This document shows positions 36,134-50,459 of a stretch of 64,000 nucleotides of DNA, in pieces; position 1 is the first letter of the stretch, and the number at the start of each line of letters is the position of its first letter. The notes under the pieces were generated by a model. The model was not told where the DNA came from, did not search any database, and saw only the letters and a program-made list of their open reading frames with translations. Location: NCBI RefSeq assembly GCF_006345805.1, contig NC_042997.1, positions 130,324,001 through 130,388,000 of the forward strand, written 5' to 3'. The position numbers and the translations under genes are program-made. The DNA is from Octopus sinensis. Lineage: Eukaryota.

Positions 36134-36357
36134 CCCTTTCGTTACCAACCCAACTGAAACTGGCTCTGGCTCTGAGTACAAATGTCTTGTTTTCGTAAGT
36201 TTTGAATTAAAATCTTCCACTAAACCTTAGTCACAATTTACATTCCTAACACTTGATGTTAAAACATAGGAATGGTTATTTTACTAAATTCTTTGTTATA
36301 TTTAAAGTAATTGAAACAAACACAGAGCATCCCAAAATAAATACAGTAACGAAAGGG
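36134..36357. mobile_element. piggyBac-type MITE family 1
   Basis: TTAA-CCCTTTCGTTAC...GTAACGAAAGGG-TTAA with a perfect 12-bp TIR. Confidence 0.9.
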
Positions 36358-38659
36358 TTAAAGAAGAGTGCTGAAGTGTTTTTACCTTTTGACAAGACTT
36401 ATTTTTCTCTGTCAGTCTGAGAATTCCTGAATCCAACCTATAGTTTCACCCTGAAACATTTTCTCTTCTCCCTTAGGGATAGTTTAATCATTATTGATTT
36501 CCGTATAGGTTCAGAACAAGTCTGAGAAAATATGCAATCCATTTGCTCACTTTTGTATTTTTCCAGGTTGTTTATGAAGAGTGTTAATTGTATTTGTTAT
36601 GATATGTATAGTTGTTTGTGAGGATAGTTTTAAGTAGATGTTACTGTAGTAATTAATCAGAAGTAGTTGATGGATTAATAAGTAACAATAGTTCATGTAA
36701 TAGGAAGGGTATCCTGTTGCAAAAAGAACCATGCTGAAAATATCACACACATACAACAAAGATTGGCATTTTTTTCTCTGATGTTGTATGTATGAAATGA
36801 TGACAGACTATGACAAATGGTGAGACTGTGCTGGAGCAAACCTGTCCAACCTACACAAGTATAGAAAAACAAATGTAAATTGATAATAATTACAGATCTA
36901 TGATAATGGTCCCTTAAGAAGAATGAGGTGCTTCATTAGAGATCAGGTAATTAAGTAATTAAAAAAGAGCTCAAAAGTTATTTCTGAGTACCATTCCTAT
37001 GTTTTAAATAAAACTTTTGAAGAAATTTATTGTTTAAATATTTTTTTGTTTAAAAGTAGGACGAATGTAAATAAAAAGAATATAAATTAAAAGTTTTGTT
37101 ACTTTCTGTTGTCAACTTCTGTGAAATAATTCAAGTTATTTCTTCACTATTTCATCTCATCTGCATGGAAATTTTCCATAAACAACCAACAAATCCATCG
37201 ATAATTTATATTTATTTAGCAATGGTTCAAATATTGTACAAATTCCTAGAATTATTGCAAAACCAATTCATTTCCATTGCTTGAAATAACAGAACAATTA
37301 TTTTCAGTTTTATTTTCATGATTCACAATAAAAATCTATCGCTATTCTTTTGTATTAACATCTTTTATCTTTTTTAATCTAAAACTTGTGATAATATACA
37401 TTTGTGATAATATACATGCAGTGATGTGTTTGTTACATTATCTAATGAACAGGCCATTCATTAATTTTTCAAATGAAATAAAATTACTTTGATAATTTCT
37501 TATTTTCTCTTGTATGGAATTATTTTTTTTAAACCCTATTTTCCTTCTTTTGTTTTATGTTTCTGGTATAAAAAAAAAAAAAAATATATACCTTCATGTA
37601 CACGATGATAATTTTTTGGATTTTTTTCTTACAGCTGAGATAGTCAATTTTTCTAATATTTGACATCTGTAACAACAGAAGAGCAACAGTTTTGTGTTAA
37701 ATCTTAAATAATTTACATTCCAACACTTTTCACAATGCCTGCCACAAAAAAAAGAAAAAGGAAAAGAAAAAACATCTCTCATCTTTTCAATCTACATTTT
37801 TACCAATAAATCTTCAGTTTGTTTAATTACTACACTTGGCTTTCATAGGTCCAAAAATAAGTGCTGATAATTGAGATTGCTCTGAAATATTTGATCAGTT
37901 ACCTTTGTGCCATGGATCTTGCTCAAGGAAAGCTGGTCAAAACAATCTATGATATGTTTACTATGTTATATTTGATCTAACGTCTGTTTAGTGTTCTATA
38001 TGGTCATTTAGTGTTTATTATCTGACATTCTGTGACTCTTAGTTTACTTTCATTATGTGATATTTTGTAGCGATTGTTTTAAAACAGACTAAGAAGTTCA
38101 TTAGGGGAAATTTAATTGCTGTACTGAGTAGCTTGAATGACCCCAGGTCAGACCTGATGAAGCAAACCCTTGAATGAAAGCATTATTACTGCAATCATTT
38201 TCTCATTCTTTTCAGATACAGTATATCTTGGATGACACTATCCGCTGTATCTTTCTGGGTGTGATTTATTACTGTTAATTTATTTTTATTTCGTAACATT
38301 AGAAAAACTTGTCACTCTTCAATGAGACTTTTCATTCTGTTAGACTTCCTCCAACATAAAATCTGCTACTTAAACACACTCAGCGGCCACACCTGCACCT
38401 ATATATATATGAGCGTGGCCGTTGCCAGTACTGCCTGACTGGCCCTCGTGCCGGTGGCACATAAAAGCATCCACTACACTCGGTGTGGTTGGCGTTAGGA
38501 AGGGCATTCAGCTGTAGAAACTCTGCCAGATCAGATTGGAGCCTGGTGCAGCCATCTGGTTTGCCAGTCCTCAGTCAAATCGTCCAACCCATGCTAGCAT
38601 GGAAAGCAAACATTAAACGATGATGATGATGATTATATATATATATATAAATATATATA

Positions 38660-39780
38660 CATCATTTCAAAGTGTTTGGGTGTCCCTCTGAGGACACAAG
38701 TTACTCTGCCAGAAATTTGGAAACGACATGCTGTACTGCTTGGCATTCACCCCAGAAGCTCCAATACGAACATTTCAGAGTGTTTGGGTGTCCCTCTGAG
38801 GACAGTGCAGAGGATTTGGAAAGAGTTGGATGAGTCTAATGGTGATTACGAAGGTAGAGTAGCTCTGAAAACTCATTCTGATCATTCTGATTAGGAAAGA
38901 ATTCCTGAATTTGTTGGTGAGATCCAGACCATGGTTGATAACAATCCCTCCAAGTCAATCAGGACCCTCTCCAGGGAGTGTCTGAGTTTTTTATCAGGCA
39001 GGTATTGCATGAAGACATTTGGTATTTCTCATAAAAAATGAGAAAGGGCCAATTTTTATCCCAAGCCACCAAGGACAAGAGGAAAGGCCATGCTACGAAG
39101 CTTTTGAATAAACTCAAGCATCCCCTTACTTTGATTTTTCTCAGACAAGAAAAATTTTTGCCACGATCAGATGGTGAACACAACCATTGGCTTACTCTTT
39201 CTCCAAAACATGTACCGAGAGTGATAAAAATCAAGCATCCAGCCAACATCATGGTGTTTGGAGTGCTCACTAGTGATGGTAGCGTTATGTCTCCATTCAT
39301 CTTCCCACACAGCCTCAGATTCAACACAGAGACCTACATCAAGTGCCTGGAGGAGGTAGTGGTGTTCTGGGTCAAGAGGGTGGCTGCTGGAAGATCCTAT
39401 GTCTAGTGACAGGACTTTGCACCATGCCACACAAGCAAGAGAACCTAGTCATGGCTGTCAGACAATTTCTGCAACCACATCATTCCTAACATCTAGCTAT
39501 CTAACTCCCCAGACTGCAACAGTTGAGCGAGAGACCAACAAAACTCCTTGTAACACCAAAGATGAACTGAAGGCAAGAATTATGGCAGCATTCACCAACT
39601 TAAATTAGGAGACTGTCCAGAAAAGTTGCAGGAGATTCTGAAGTCATCTGAAGGCTGTGGTTGAAGCCAATGGCAATTTTATTTTACTCTTCAGTATTTC
39701 ATGATGTTTTTATGTAATTTTGGTAAATATATCTGTTAAAATGCAATGTCAGTGTTATTTTCATTTTTGTATACTTTAGA
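38660..39780 (+). pseudogene. Decayed Tc1/mariner-superfamily transposase
   Basis: HTH-like LGVPLRTVQRIWKEL, KHPANIMVFGVLTSDG, a decayed QQDSAPCH motif and CNTKDELKARIMAAF; several stops and frameshifts. Confidence 0.8.
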
Positions 39781-39809
39781 CTACAATTTAATCACCACAC
39801 CTTGTATAT

Positions 39810-41000
39810 ATACAGTGGGAAAGCAGACAAAACACAAATTCCTTCAGGTAGATGGTCCTGCTCGATTTGTAGAAAAGGCATTAGTAGAAACTCCATAAGA
39901 TGTATCTGGTGTAAGCTATGGAAACATAAGAGGTGCTGTAATATCAGAGGAAGATTAACAAGGAAAATAGCATTTGTGTGAAGAAGATGCACAGGTGCTA
40001 TAAACATTAAAAAAATATACAAAAAATAGACTCCATCAACTGCTAGAGGTAGTAGTTCTGTTATCTAGGTGACCAAGTTAGTCGTAGAGGTGGATGCTCC
40101 AAGGGCATTGCTGTGAGAATAAGATTAGGCTTGGCAAAGTTCAGAGAGCTCCTACCTTTACTGGCAACAAAGGACCTCTCTCTCAGAGTGAAAGGCAGAT
40201 TTGTTTGATGCCTGTGTGTGAACAGCTATGCTACATGGCAGTGAAACATGGCCTGTGACAGCCGAAGGCATGCATAGTCTTGAAAGAAATGAAGCCCGTA
40301 TGCTTTGCTGGTTGTGCAATGTCAGTGTGCATGTTTGACAGAGTGTAAGCATCTTGAAAGAAAAGTTAGGCATAAGAGGCATCAGATGTGTTGGTATGGT
40401 CATGTGATGTGTATAGATGAGGACAGCTGTGTAAAGAAGAACCGCTCTCTTACTGTGGAGGGAACCTGTGTTAGCGGTAGACCAAAGAAGACATGGGATG
40501 AGGTGGCAAAGCATGATCTTTGAACCTTGGGCCTCACAGAAGCAATGGCAAGTGACCGATATGCTGTGCTTGAGAAGTCCCTTCAAGCAAGTGAAATTGT
40601 AATCGTAAAAAGCACATAAAAAGAACCTTTTGAGCATTGGGCCTCCCCGAGGCAAATTGGCTGATGCTGTTGGCATGTAAAAAGTTCCGTTTGAATGTTG
40701 GGTCTCACAGAGGCAATGATTGAGACCGTTGGCATTAGGTCATGCTTGAGAGACCCATCAAGCCAAGTAAAATTTCAGTTGTGGTAGATACTGATGCCAC
40801 AAAATAGCACCCATGCCAGTGGCATGTAAAAGCACCTATTACACCCTTGGAGTGGTTGGCATTAGGAAGGACATCCAGCCACAGAAACCATGCGAAACCA
40901 GACTGGAGTCTGGCGTAGCCTCCCAGCTTGCCAGCCCTGGTCAAACCAGCTAACCCAAGACAACATAGATAATGGACATTAAATGAGGATGATGATGATA
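39810..41000 (+). mobile_element. Decayed RTE LINE 3' portion
   Basis: Colinear with 23450-24740 (WYGHVMCIDEDSCVKK..GRPKKTWDEV) and ends in (GAT)n. Confidence 0.8.
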
Positions 41001-41570
41001 TATATAAAACCATGTTAACTTGGGTTCAGTCCCATTGTGTGGCACCTTGTAAGTGCCTTCTAGTATAGCCCCAAAGCAACTAAAGCCTTGTGAGTGCAAA
41101 TGGTAGAGAGAAACTGAAAGATGACTATCATGCGTGCTTGTGTGTGCGTGTGCGTGTGTGCGCGTGTGTGTGTGTGTGTGTGATTGTCTTGATTTCAAGT
41201 GATGGTCATAAATGGGTTTCACCATCATACAATTGATGTTGTTCATTTCCAGTCTTCTATGTAAAACATCTTGTTATGGGGAAATTTTACCTTGCTTGCA
41301 AGCAATTGGGGTTGGTGACAGGAAGGGCATCTGACTATAGGATATCTGCATGTGGCTTGATTGGCTTTTGTGTTATAATGATCATTAAGTTGCAGGTTCA
41401 GCTCCTGAATTGAGTAGTGCAGTGTGCTCTCGAGGGAGGCACTTCATTTCATGTTGTTTGAGTTTACTGAAATGAAAATGAGTCCCGGTTGCATCATGGT
41501 TGGGCTTTAAACTTGCCACGGACTAGCATCCTGTTTAATGGTTGAACTAGTCTTGAAAATTCAGTTGCAA

Positions 41571-42018
41571 CCCTTTCGTTACCGTATTTACTTTGAGATG
41601 CTCTATGTTTACTCTTTTACTCTTTTACTTGTTTCAGTCATTTGACTGTGGCCATGCTGGAGCACCACCTTTAGTCGAAGAAATCGACCCCAGGACTTAT
41701 TCTTTGTAAGTCTAGTACTTATTCTATCGGTCACTTTTGCCGAACCACTAAGTTACGGGGACGTAAACACACCAGCATCGGTTGTCAAGCGATGTTAGGG
41801 GACAAACACAGACACACAAACATACACACACATACATATATATATATATATAGTCAATAATAAAAGGGTAAAATTAATTAATTATTAATTATCAATTTTA
41901 CCAAGTAGTGTTCAGTATGTAAAAAGACCATTTACGGTATATTTAAAACATTACATTATATAATTAGGGTTCAGTATAATAATTTACTTTACCACACACC
42001 GAACTTTTAGAAATAGCA

Positions 42019-42057
<39 letters not shown>

Positions 42058-42377
42058 CGGGCTTCTTTCAGTTTCCGTCTACCAAATCCACTCACAAGGC
42101 TTTGGTCGGCCCGAGGCTATAGTAGAAGACACTTGCTCAAGGTGCCACGCAGTGGGACTGAACCCAGAACCGTGACTGAACCCAGAACTATGTTTCTTTA
42201 AATTAATTTTAAATATAACAAAGAATTTAGTAAAATAACTTAGTTATCATTAAGCCAGTGTTAGGAGAATGAATTGCGACTAAGGTTTGGTGGAAGATTT
42301 TAATTCAAAACTAATGAAAACAAGACATTTGTACTACAGAGCCAGAGGCGGTTTCAGACAGGTTGGTATTGAAAGAG
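41571..42377. mobile_element. piggyBac-type MITE family 1 split by a SINE A insertion, which itself contains a 170-bp insert
   Basis: MITE halves at 41571-41610 and 42188-42377. SINE TSD CTATGTTT at 41603-41610 and 42188-42195. Unrelated AT-rich insert at 41852-42021 inside the SINE's (TA)n. Confidence 0.8.
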
Positions 42378-42574
42378 TTAAATGCTCAGAAAACTTCAAT
42401 AAGCAGTGAGTGACCTTAATAGTCCTGTAAACACAATACAGACTTCAACAATGTTGATTTGAAGGAGAGTTGACTGCTATTTCTTGTAGTTTAGAAGATT
42501 GTTTAACAGTTCTCTTGTTGACTTTGTGCAACACAAATGTATTTGTGATGATGGAAAATGAGATGAAGAGAGAT

Positions 42575-42620
<46 letters not shown>

Positions 42621-43669
42621 AAAGAGAGTGGAAGAAAAGTGGGAGAAGGACTGACATAGATTAAAAGGGAAAGAGAGAGAAAGATAAGGAGGGAGCTGCC
42701 GAGAAACTCCCTCCTTTTCTCTCTCTCTCTTTCTTTCCCATTCAGAGCAGAGGAAGGAGTGAAAGTCAGTGGGGGCAATAGGATGAATTAAAGAGGAAAA
42801 AGAAAAGTAAAAATAAACAAAGAAAGTCATTGAGGAAGGTAGAGGAACTAAAAGAGGAAAGGGACTAAAATGGATAGGGGTTTAGAAATTGGAAAAGGGA
42901 GAAAAAGAGAAAGAGAGAGAGAGAGAGTGTGGGTAAGAGAGAAAGGGAGAAGAGAGAAAAGGGGAAGAATAAAGGATTGTCTCAGGTGGTGATGATGATG
43001 ATGGGTGATGATGGTGTTGGTGGTGGTGGCAGTGCTGTTGTTTAGCCCTTGGTCTTTCACACCAGACATTCTGTTCACGTTTCATTTTACTGTAGTAGAA
43101 AGTGACTGGAGTGATCTCACACACACACATACACACACACACAGACTCACACTGAAGCTAGTTACCCTCCCCCTCTGCCCCACACACACATCCACATTCA
43201 TGGCAGTTACATCCACACCCACACACTCCGCCACACTCACACCCACATTCATGGATTTACAGTTGAGGCAAGCAGATAGGCGAATACATATTATTTGTGA
43301 ATAATGAAACTGAAGTAAAGCAGAGGGAAAAGAAAGGAACAGGGAGAAAGAAGGAAATAGAGGAGGGAAGAGAGGAAGAAAGGGAGAGAGGAAGAGAGAG
43401 AAAAAGCACATAAGATGCAAATTGCTTAAGTCAAAGAACTTTTATTAGAGAGGGAAGAAGAATGTTATTGGTTACATAGACTTTATAGTAACCACAGCTA
43501 AACATAATTCAGTCATGACTTATACCCAACACAACCAAATTTACTTTTGTCTTTACTATTATTGCCGGTGAGTCCTTATATTTGTTTTTTGTTTTCTTTT
43601 TTTCGTTCAAGTCTTTCTTTTTTTGGTAACATCTCTTCACTGTTGATATGTCTATTGGTATATGTTCTG

Positions 43670-43980
43670 CATAGATAGATAGATAGATACATACGTACAT
43701 ATATACATGCATGTATAAACGATGATGATGATGATGATGATATATACATACATATATATATATATATATATGTTTGTATATATGTGTATATACACACACA
43801 TAAATATATACATACATACACACACACACACACGCACACACATACATATATATTGAACCCTGGTGCCGCTCCCCAGCTTACCAGGTTTCAGTCAAACCGT
43901 CCAACCCATGCCAGCATGGAAAACAGACGTTAAATAATGATGATGATGATCATATATATGATATATATATATTGTGTGTG

Positions 43981-44046
<66 letters not shown>

Positions 44047-44120
44047 ACTATCTATCTATATGTGTGTGTGTATATAAGTATATATATATATATATATATA
44101 TATATGCATATGTATATATG

Positions 44121-44161
<41 letters not shown>

Positions 44162-44546
44162 TTATATGTATATATATATATTGTCGTCAGTATATATAAA
44201 AGTAGATAGATCGATAGGTAGATAGCGCTGAAAAAAATATTGTTTTACAGATGCCTACATACACTATGTGTGTGTATCTATCTATCTATCAATCTATCTA
44301 TCAATTTATCTATATATCTAACTATCTATCTATATGTGTGTGCATGTGTGTGTGTGTATATATATAATATATATATATTATATATATATATATATATGGA
44401 AAAAGAAAAAGAATGGCTTCACTTGTAGTTCTAATCAGTTGAATTTATTATTTTTTAATTTTTTAATATAAAGTTTACACTTTTAGTTCATAGATCTAAG
44501 AACTAAAGTGTACCAAGGATCTCACACATTTTCCAATACACACACA

Positions 44547-44603
<57 letters not shown>

Positions 44604-44735
44604 CATATATATACATCAGTATATGTTGTGCATGACATATGGAAAAATGCATTTATACACAATATCTTTAATATATGTCAACGCTCACATGTCTATTGTT
44701 ATATGTTTATATTTTGTCACAGCAAATATATTTTT

Positions 44736-44771
<36 letters not shown>

Positions 44772-45082
44772 ATGTTGAGTATAATATATACAAATGCGCA
44801 CATATCTATATCTACCTATCTATCAGTCTATCTTTCCCTCGCTCTATCTCTCTGTGTTTGTATGTTTGCATGCATGTATATAAATATATATGTGTGTGTG
44901 TTTGTGTGTGTGTTTGTTGTGTGTGTGTATGAGTGTATGTTTGCGTGTGTGTCGAATGTTGAATAAAATATATACAATTATGCATATATGCACACACACA
45001 CGTACATGCATATGTAGTACGTACGTATGTATGTATGTAAGTATCTATCTATCTATCTATTTATCTATACATACATACATGC

Positions 45083-45125
<43 letters not shown>

Positions 45126-45278
45126 ATATATATATATATATGTATATCATCATCATCATCATTTAGCGTCCGCTTTCCATGCTAGCATGCGTTGGACGGT
45201 TCAACTGGGGTCTGTGATGTGAAGCTGGAAGGCTTCGTCATGTACATATATGTATATGTATATATATATATATGTATG

Positions 45279-45333
<55 letters not shown>

Positions 45334-45349
45334 ATATATATATATATAG

Positions 45350-45387
<38 letters not shown>

Positions 45388-45400
45388 ATGTATGTATATA
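43670..45400. repeat. Dense compound microsatellite field (TATC)n, (TA)n, (CA)n with interspersed RTE tails
   Basis: Direct reading. Confidence 0.9.
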
Positions 45401-45880
45401 CACTCTTTTACTCTTTTACTTGTTCAGCCATGCGGCTGTGGTCATGCTGGAGCACCACTATGGGCTTTCTGGTTTTCTTAGTCTGGGGTGTTTTGCATCA
45501 TCACTCTTATATGCGCTTTCGTCCCAGCAGCTGTTAGCCCATTTGGTGTACAAGGGAGTTTGATTCCACTGCCCTTGTCTGCAACTCATGTTGGGCTGTT
45601 GGTTCATCTGGTATTGTGGAGATGGGTATGTCTAGTTCCTCTTTGAAGACATCTATTTCCACCTTATATAGATTTCTTAATTTTTTTGGCAGGGCTTTCA
45701 GGAGGTGTGGGCTTACTATTGCAGTATCTGATCCTGAATTTAGATGGAGTGGATATCATCTATAATAATATCTTTATATCTTATATATATATATATATAA
45801 AGTTAATCCAAACATGAAAACACAAAGAGAAAACACAACAATGCAAGGACGTGGAACAAATATAGTATTATTGGATGCTC

Positions 45881-45912
<32 letters not shown>

Positions 45913-46735
45913 ATATATTTATAAAGTGTAATATTTATCAGTATCATTTCACAATATCTGGTATATATTTATTACTGTTGTATGCACAAACAAATATGCA
46001 TATATATGTGTTTGTGCATATATATAAATATATATATATATATATACATACATGCATCATCATCATCGTTTAACGTCCACTTTCCATGCTGGCATGGGTT
46101 GGACGGTTTGCCTGAGGGCTGGCAAGCCAGAAGGTTGAACCAGGCCCCAAATCCGATCTGGGAATGTTTCTACAGTTGGATGCCCTTCCTAACGTTAACC
46201 ACTCCAAGAGTGTAGTGGGCACATTTTACATGCCACTGGCAAGTGGGCCAGTCAGCCAGTACTGGCAATGACCACACTTGAATGGTGCTTTTTAAGTGCC
46301 ACCAGTACGGGACCAGTCAGCCAGCACTGGCATTGATCATGCTCGAGTGGTGCTTTTTACGGGCCACTGGCATGGGTACTGTCGTCATCGGCCATGACAA
46401 CAACTTCACTTGCTTCAACAGGTCTTCACAAGCACAGTTTATTGCCCAATGAGTGAAGGGTACTCTTAAATGGGCTGGTTATGCTGCACTGGCATAGGCC
46501 ACGGTTATGATCTCACTTAGCTTGCTGGGTCTTCTCAATCACAGCATATCTCCAAAGGTCTCGATTACTTATCATCGCCTTAGTGAGGTCCAACGTTCAA
46601 AGGTCATGCTTCACCACATCCCATAAATATATATATTTATATTGATTCTAGAGCCTAGTGAGACATCCATGAGGTTAAGGTCTTTGTGGGTGCTAAACCA
46701 CTGGTCACTCTATGACCAAACATAAACTTTAATTA

Positions 46736-46769
<34 letters not shown>

Positions 46770-48713
46770 CAAAAGGATGCGTGATAACACCATTCCATAT
46801 ATACAAAAACAGCCATTCTGACAATCCAACATACCTCCATGATCAGCTGCTCCATGGATATCATTTGGTTTTGACACCCATGCAGTACCATTCAATCTGG
46901 CAATGTCAACGGCACTAAAAGGAGTGTTGTTTGGGAACAAGCATACCAATATATATACACACACACATATGCATACATATATATTAGAAGTGAAGTCGAA
47001 AATTTGTCTCATGACATGAGATACACACACACTCACACACCACACACACACACACATACACACGCGTGCGCGCACACACACACACAAACACACACACACA
47101 CACACAATAGTTGCAACACGGATAACACATGTTAGCCTTTCAAAAACACAGGAATATTGTTAATTTTCCTAAAGTATTTATTGTTTGTAATATGGTGTCA
47201 AAACTTTTGTCACTCCAAACTGCAAATTACTTTCGCACTGCAGTGCATTAATGTTGCCAATGACCAGGTTGTAGCTTGGAGCAATGAAAATTTTGACACC
47301 ATATTACAAACAATAAATGTTACAGAGAAGTTAACTATATTTGCGTGCTTTTGAATGACTAGCTTGTGTCTTCCATGCTGCAGCCACTTTAGTTGTAACA
47401 CAAAGTCTTAGATCAAAACACTTGCCATGCAAGTACATCTCTGGCATCATCATCTCATCATAAAAATAATAATCATCATCGTTTAATGTCCGCTTTCCAT
47501 ACTAGCATGGGTTGGACGATTTGACTGAGGTATGGCAAACCAGATTGCTGCATCAGACTCCAATCTGATCTGGCAGAGTTTCTACAGCTGGATGCCCTTC
47601 CTAACGCCAACCACTCCGAGAGTGTAGTGGGTGCTTTTATGTGCCACCAGCACGAGGGCCAGTCAGGCGGACTGGCAATGGCCACACTCAAATGGTGCTT
47701 TTTATGTGCCACCTGCACAGGAGCCAGTCCAGCGGCACTGGCAACAACCTCACTTGAATGTTATAATAATAATATATAATAATGAAATTATTGTGTATAG
47801 TGCTTAGATGCATGTATAGTATGAAAGTCAGGAAAGCGAACAGTGTATGAGTCATGATATATGTGTGCATGTATATGGAGGTGGGGATATCAGGTGTAGT
47901 GTTGGTGAATTTCAGGAAGCATGGAAGTTTTAAAGGATGCAATATCTCAGTGACTAACAACTGATGCTGGTTCTTTGTTCCATGCTTCAACAACTCAGAG
48001 TGTGAAAAAATGTTTCCAAAAGTCATGGGAGCTGTGCTGTTTTCTGACTTTGTAGGCATGCCCACGTGTGTTAGACACATGGAGCTCAAAAAGGTTCTCA
48101 AGGTAGTTATCATCGTCATCATTTAGTGTCTGTTTTTCATGCTGTCATAGGTTAACCAGTTTGACTGGGACTGTAAACTAGAGAGCTGCGCCAGGCACAG
48201 TACCAGAATTTTCAACTCAAGTCAAATATAATAAACTACTCTGAATCGTTAGAATATCTGCATAAGTGGGGTCTGGACTGGCTAGTTTGTACTGGCACTG
48301 ACTAATATTAGTAGTAATAAAGAAGTCAAAGTAAATACTGATATTTTGTAAATATTTAATAAGTTATCTTTCTGGATTGAGTAATCATCATTTAATGTCC
48401 CTTTTCCATGCTAGCATGGGTTGGACGGTTCAACTGGGGTCTTGGAAGCCATGGAGGCTGCACCAGGCTCCAGTCTGATCTGACAGTGTTTCTACAGCTG
48501 GGTGCCCTTCCTAATGCCAACCACTCCGTGAGTGTAGTGGGTGTTTTTTACGTGCCACCGGCACAGGGGCCAGGGGAGGCTGGAAAACGGCCATGATCGG
48601 TTGGTGCTTTTATGTGTCACTGACACGGACGCCAGTCAGGTGGCGTTGGCATCTGCCATGTTCAGATGGTGCTTTTTACGTGTCACCGGCATGGCTTTCT
48701 TAACTACAATGTA

Positions 48714-49186
48714 CAGGATTATTCAAAAAGAATGAACCGATTTCACTATGCAATAAGAAAAAGCAATAGAAATCTCCAGCTAAGTCACAAGTATTTACTC
48801 ACACTCACCTTTTATTTCCTCTCTTACAAGTGTTCAATGTGGCTACCACTTGCTGCACGGGCAACATCAATGCAATAAAAGAATTCCTCCCAGACAAGTA
48901 TCAGCATATCATAATCCATTGAGTTTATTGCTTTTGTTATTTGATGTTTAAGGTCATCGAGGTTAGTGGGTAGTGGTGGAACATATGCTGATACTCGTCT
49001 AGGAGGAATTTTCTTATTGCATTGATATTGCCCGTGCTGCAGGTGGTGGCCACATTGAACACTTGTAAGACAGGAAATAAAAGTTGATTGTGAGTAAATA
49101 CTTGTGACTTAGTTGGAGCTTTCTATTGCTCTTCCTTATTAAAATATTGTGTAATGAAATCAGTTCATTTGTTTTGAATAACCCTG
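48714..49186. mobile_element. Tc1/mariner-derived foldback MITE
   Basis: TA TSD; TIR CAGG(A/G)TTATTCAAAA.AA.TGAAC.GATTTCA; ~190-bp inverted arms; the minus strand reads YVPPLPTNLDDLKHQITKAINSM..VWEEF..HIEHL-stop, a transposase C-terminus. Confidence 0.8.
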
Positions 49187-49370
49187 TATAATAATAAATG
49201 CATCAGTTATATAAGCCTTCCTCAAAAGTTTATGTAATGGATGCATTTCTTAAATATTACTCAAGCCACAAACATAACACATTAAATTATTTCAAAATAT
49301 CAGTATTTAATTTGACTTCATTATTACAAATCTGTGTGTGTGTGTGCATATATATATATATGTATATGTT

Positions 49371-49411
<41 letters not shown>

Positions 49412-50459
49412 CAAAATGGGACAAGAACGAAAAACATCCGGACAATTAGGTGATACAAAAATGGAACAACAAAACATCCAGATAGACGATACAAAGAAAA
49501 CAAGGACGGGTCATTCGAAGTTTTCTTTCCTCAGTCAAGTACCAGATTATCTTCACAATTTCAGCTGATTGTACTTGAGATTGCTCCAATCTGGCCAGCC
49601 CCAAGGAAAAACTAAGCTAAGAGCATTAGATTCCTTAGAAGAAAGCAGCGAATGTATACAAAAACAAGAACGGAAAAAAAAGGGACAATGTTACACAAAT
49701 ACAATAAAAATAATAACAGGACATAACAACAGGTGTCTTTCGACTAAGGATGAATTATATTAAGCTGGCATGTGTGGAAATGAAGCCTTATGGCAGGGAT
49801 AAAAGATTTCACAGGCATAAAAGATTTCACAAGATAAAAGATTTCATATCGATGTCACATTGGAGGGTATATTTTTGTCATACAGGAACAGAAAATAACC
49901 TCAAGATACTTCATGCACAAAAAAAGATAGGGACACAGGAAAACCACCTTGATGTAATAACTAATGTAAGTTTTGTGGAATTAACATTGACTATTTCACC
50001 CAAGGTGGTGAGCTGGCAGAATTTTGTCAGCACACTGGGCAAATTGCTTACTGGTATTCTGTCTTTCTTTATATTCTAAGTTCAAATTCTGCCGAGGTCA
50101 ACTTTACCTTACATCCTTTTGGGGTTGATAGAATAAGTACCAGCTGAATACTGGAGTTGATGTAATCGACTTAACTTCTACTGGGTATGAGTATAAAAAC
50201 TGCATTCCTCTACCAAGCCAGTGTGGCACAGTAAGCTCATCAAACTAGTATGGCCTCAAGCCCAAATTCACAGCCTCCACATCTGGCCATGATTGGTTGG
50301 AGAGAACATGCTGAGGCCCTTGTCCTGCAGTAAACTGAACATGGGTAATCAAATGCAATCCAATTTCAGCCACATCACAAGTAGCTGCTCCAAAATCTCC
50401 TCACAGTATTACTTTGTCATGAAATATAATGTCATTGGCTAGAATATTCTTCTTTCTTC

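Noticed and set aside
42848-43304. His-rich and Thr-rich ORFs on both strands
   Set aside because: They derive from simple repeats, with no domain or supporting splice structure.
46835-46915. Possible 80-nt minus-strand exon (ccttttAG ... GAG|GTatgt)
   Set aside because: No recognisable protein similarity or partner exons; it lies in a TA-flanked insert.
49500-49545. CTGAGGA...CGAA hammerhead-like string on the minus strand
   Set aside because: The GAAA box and stems I/III cannot be formed convincingly.
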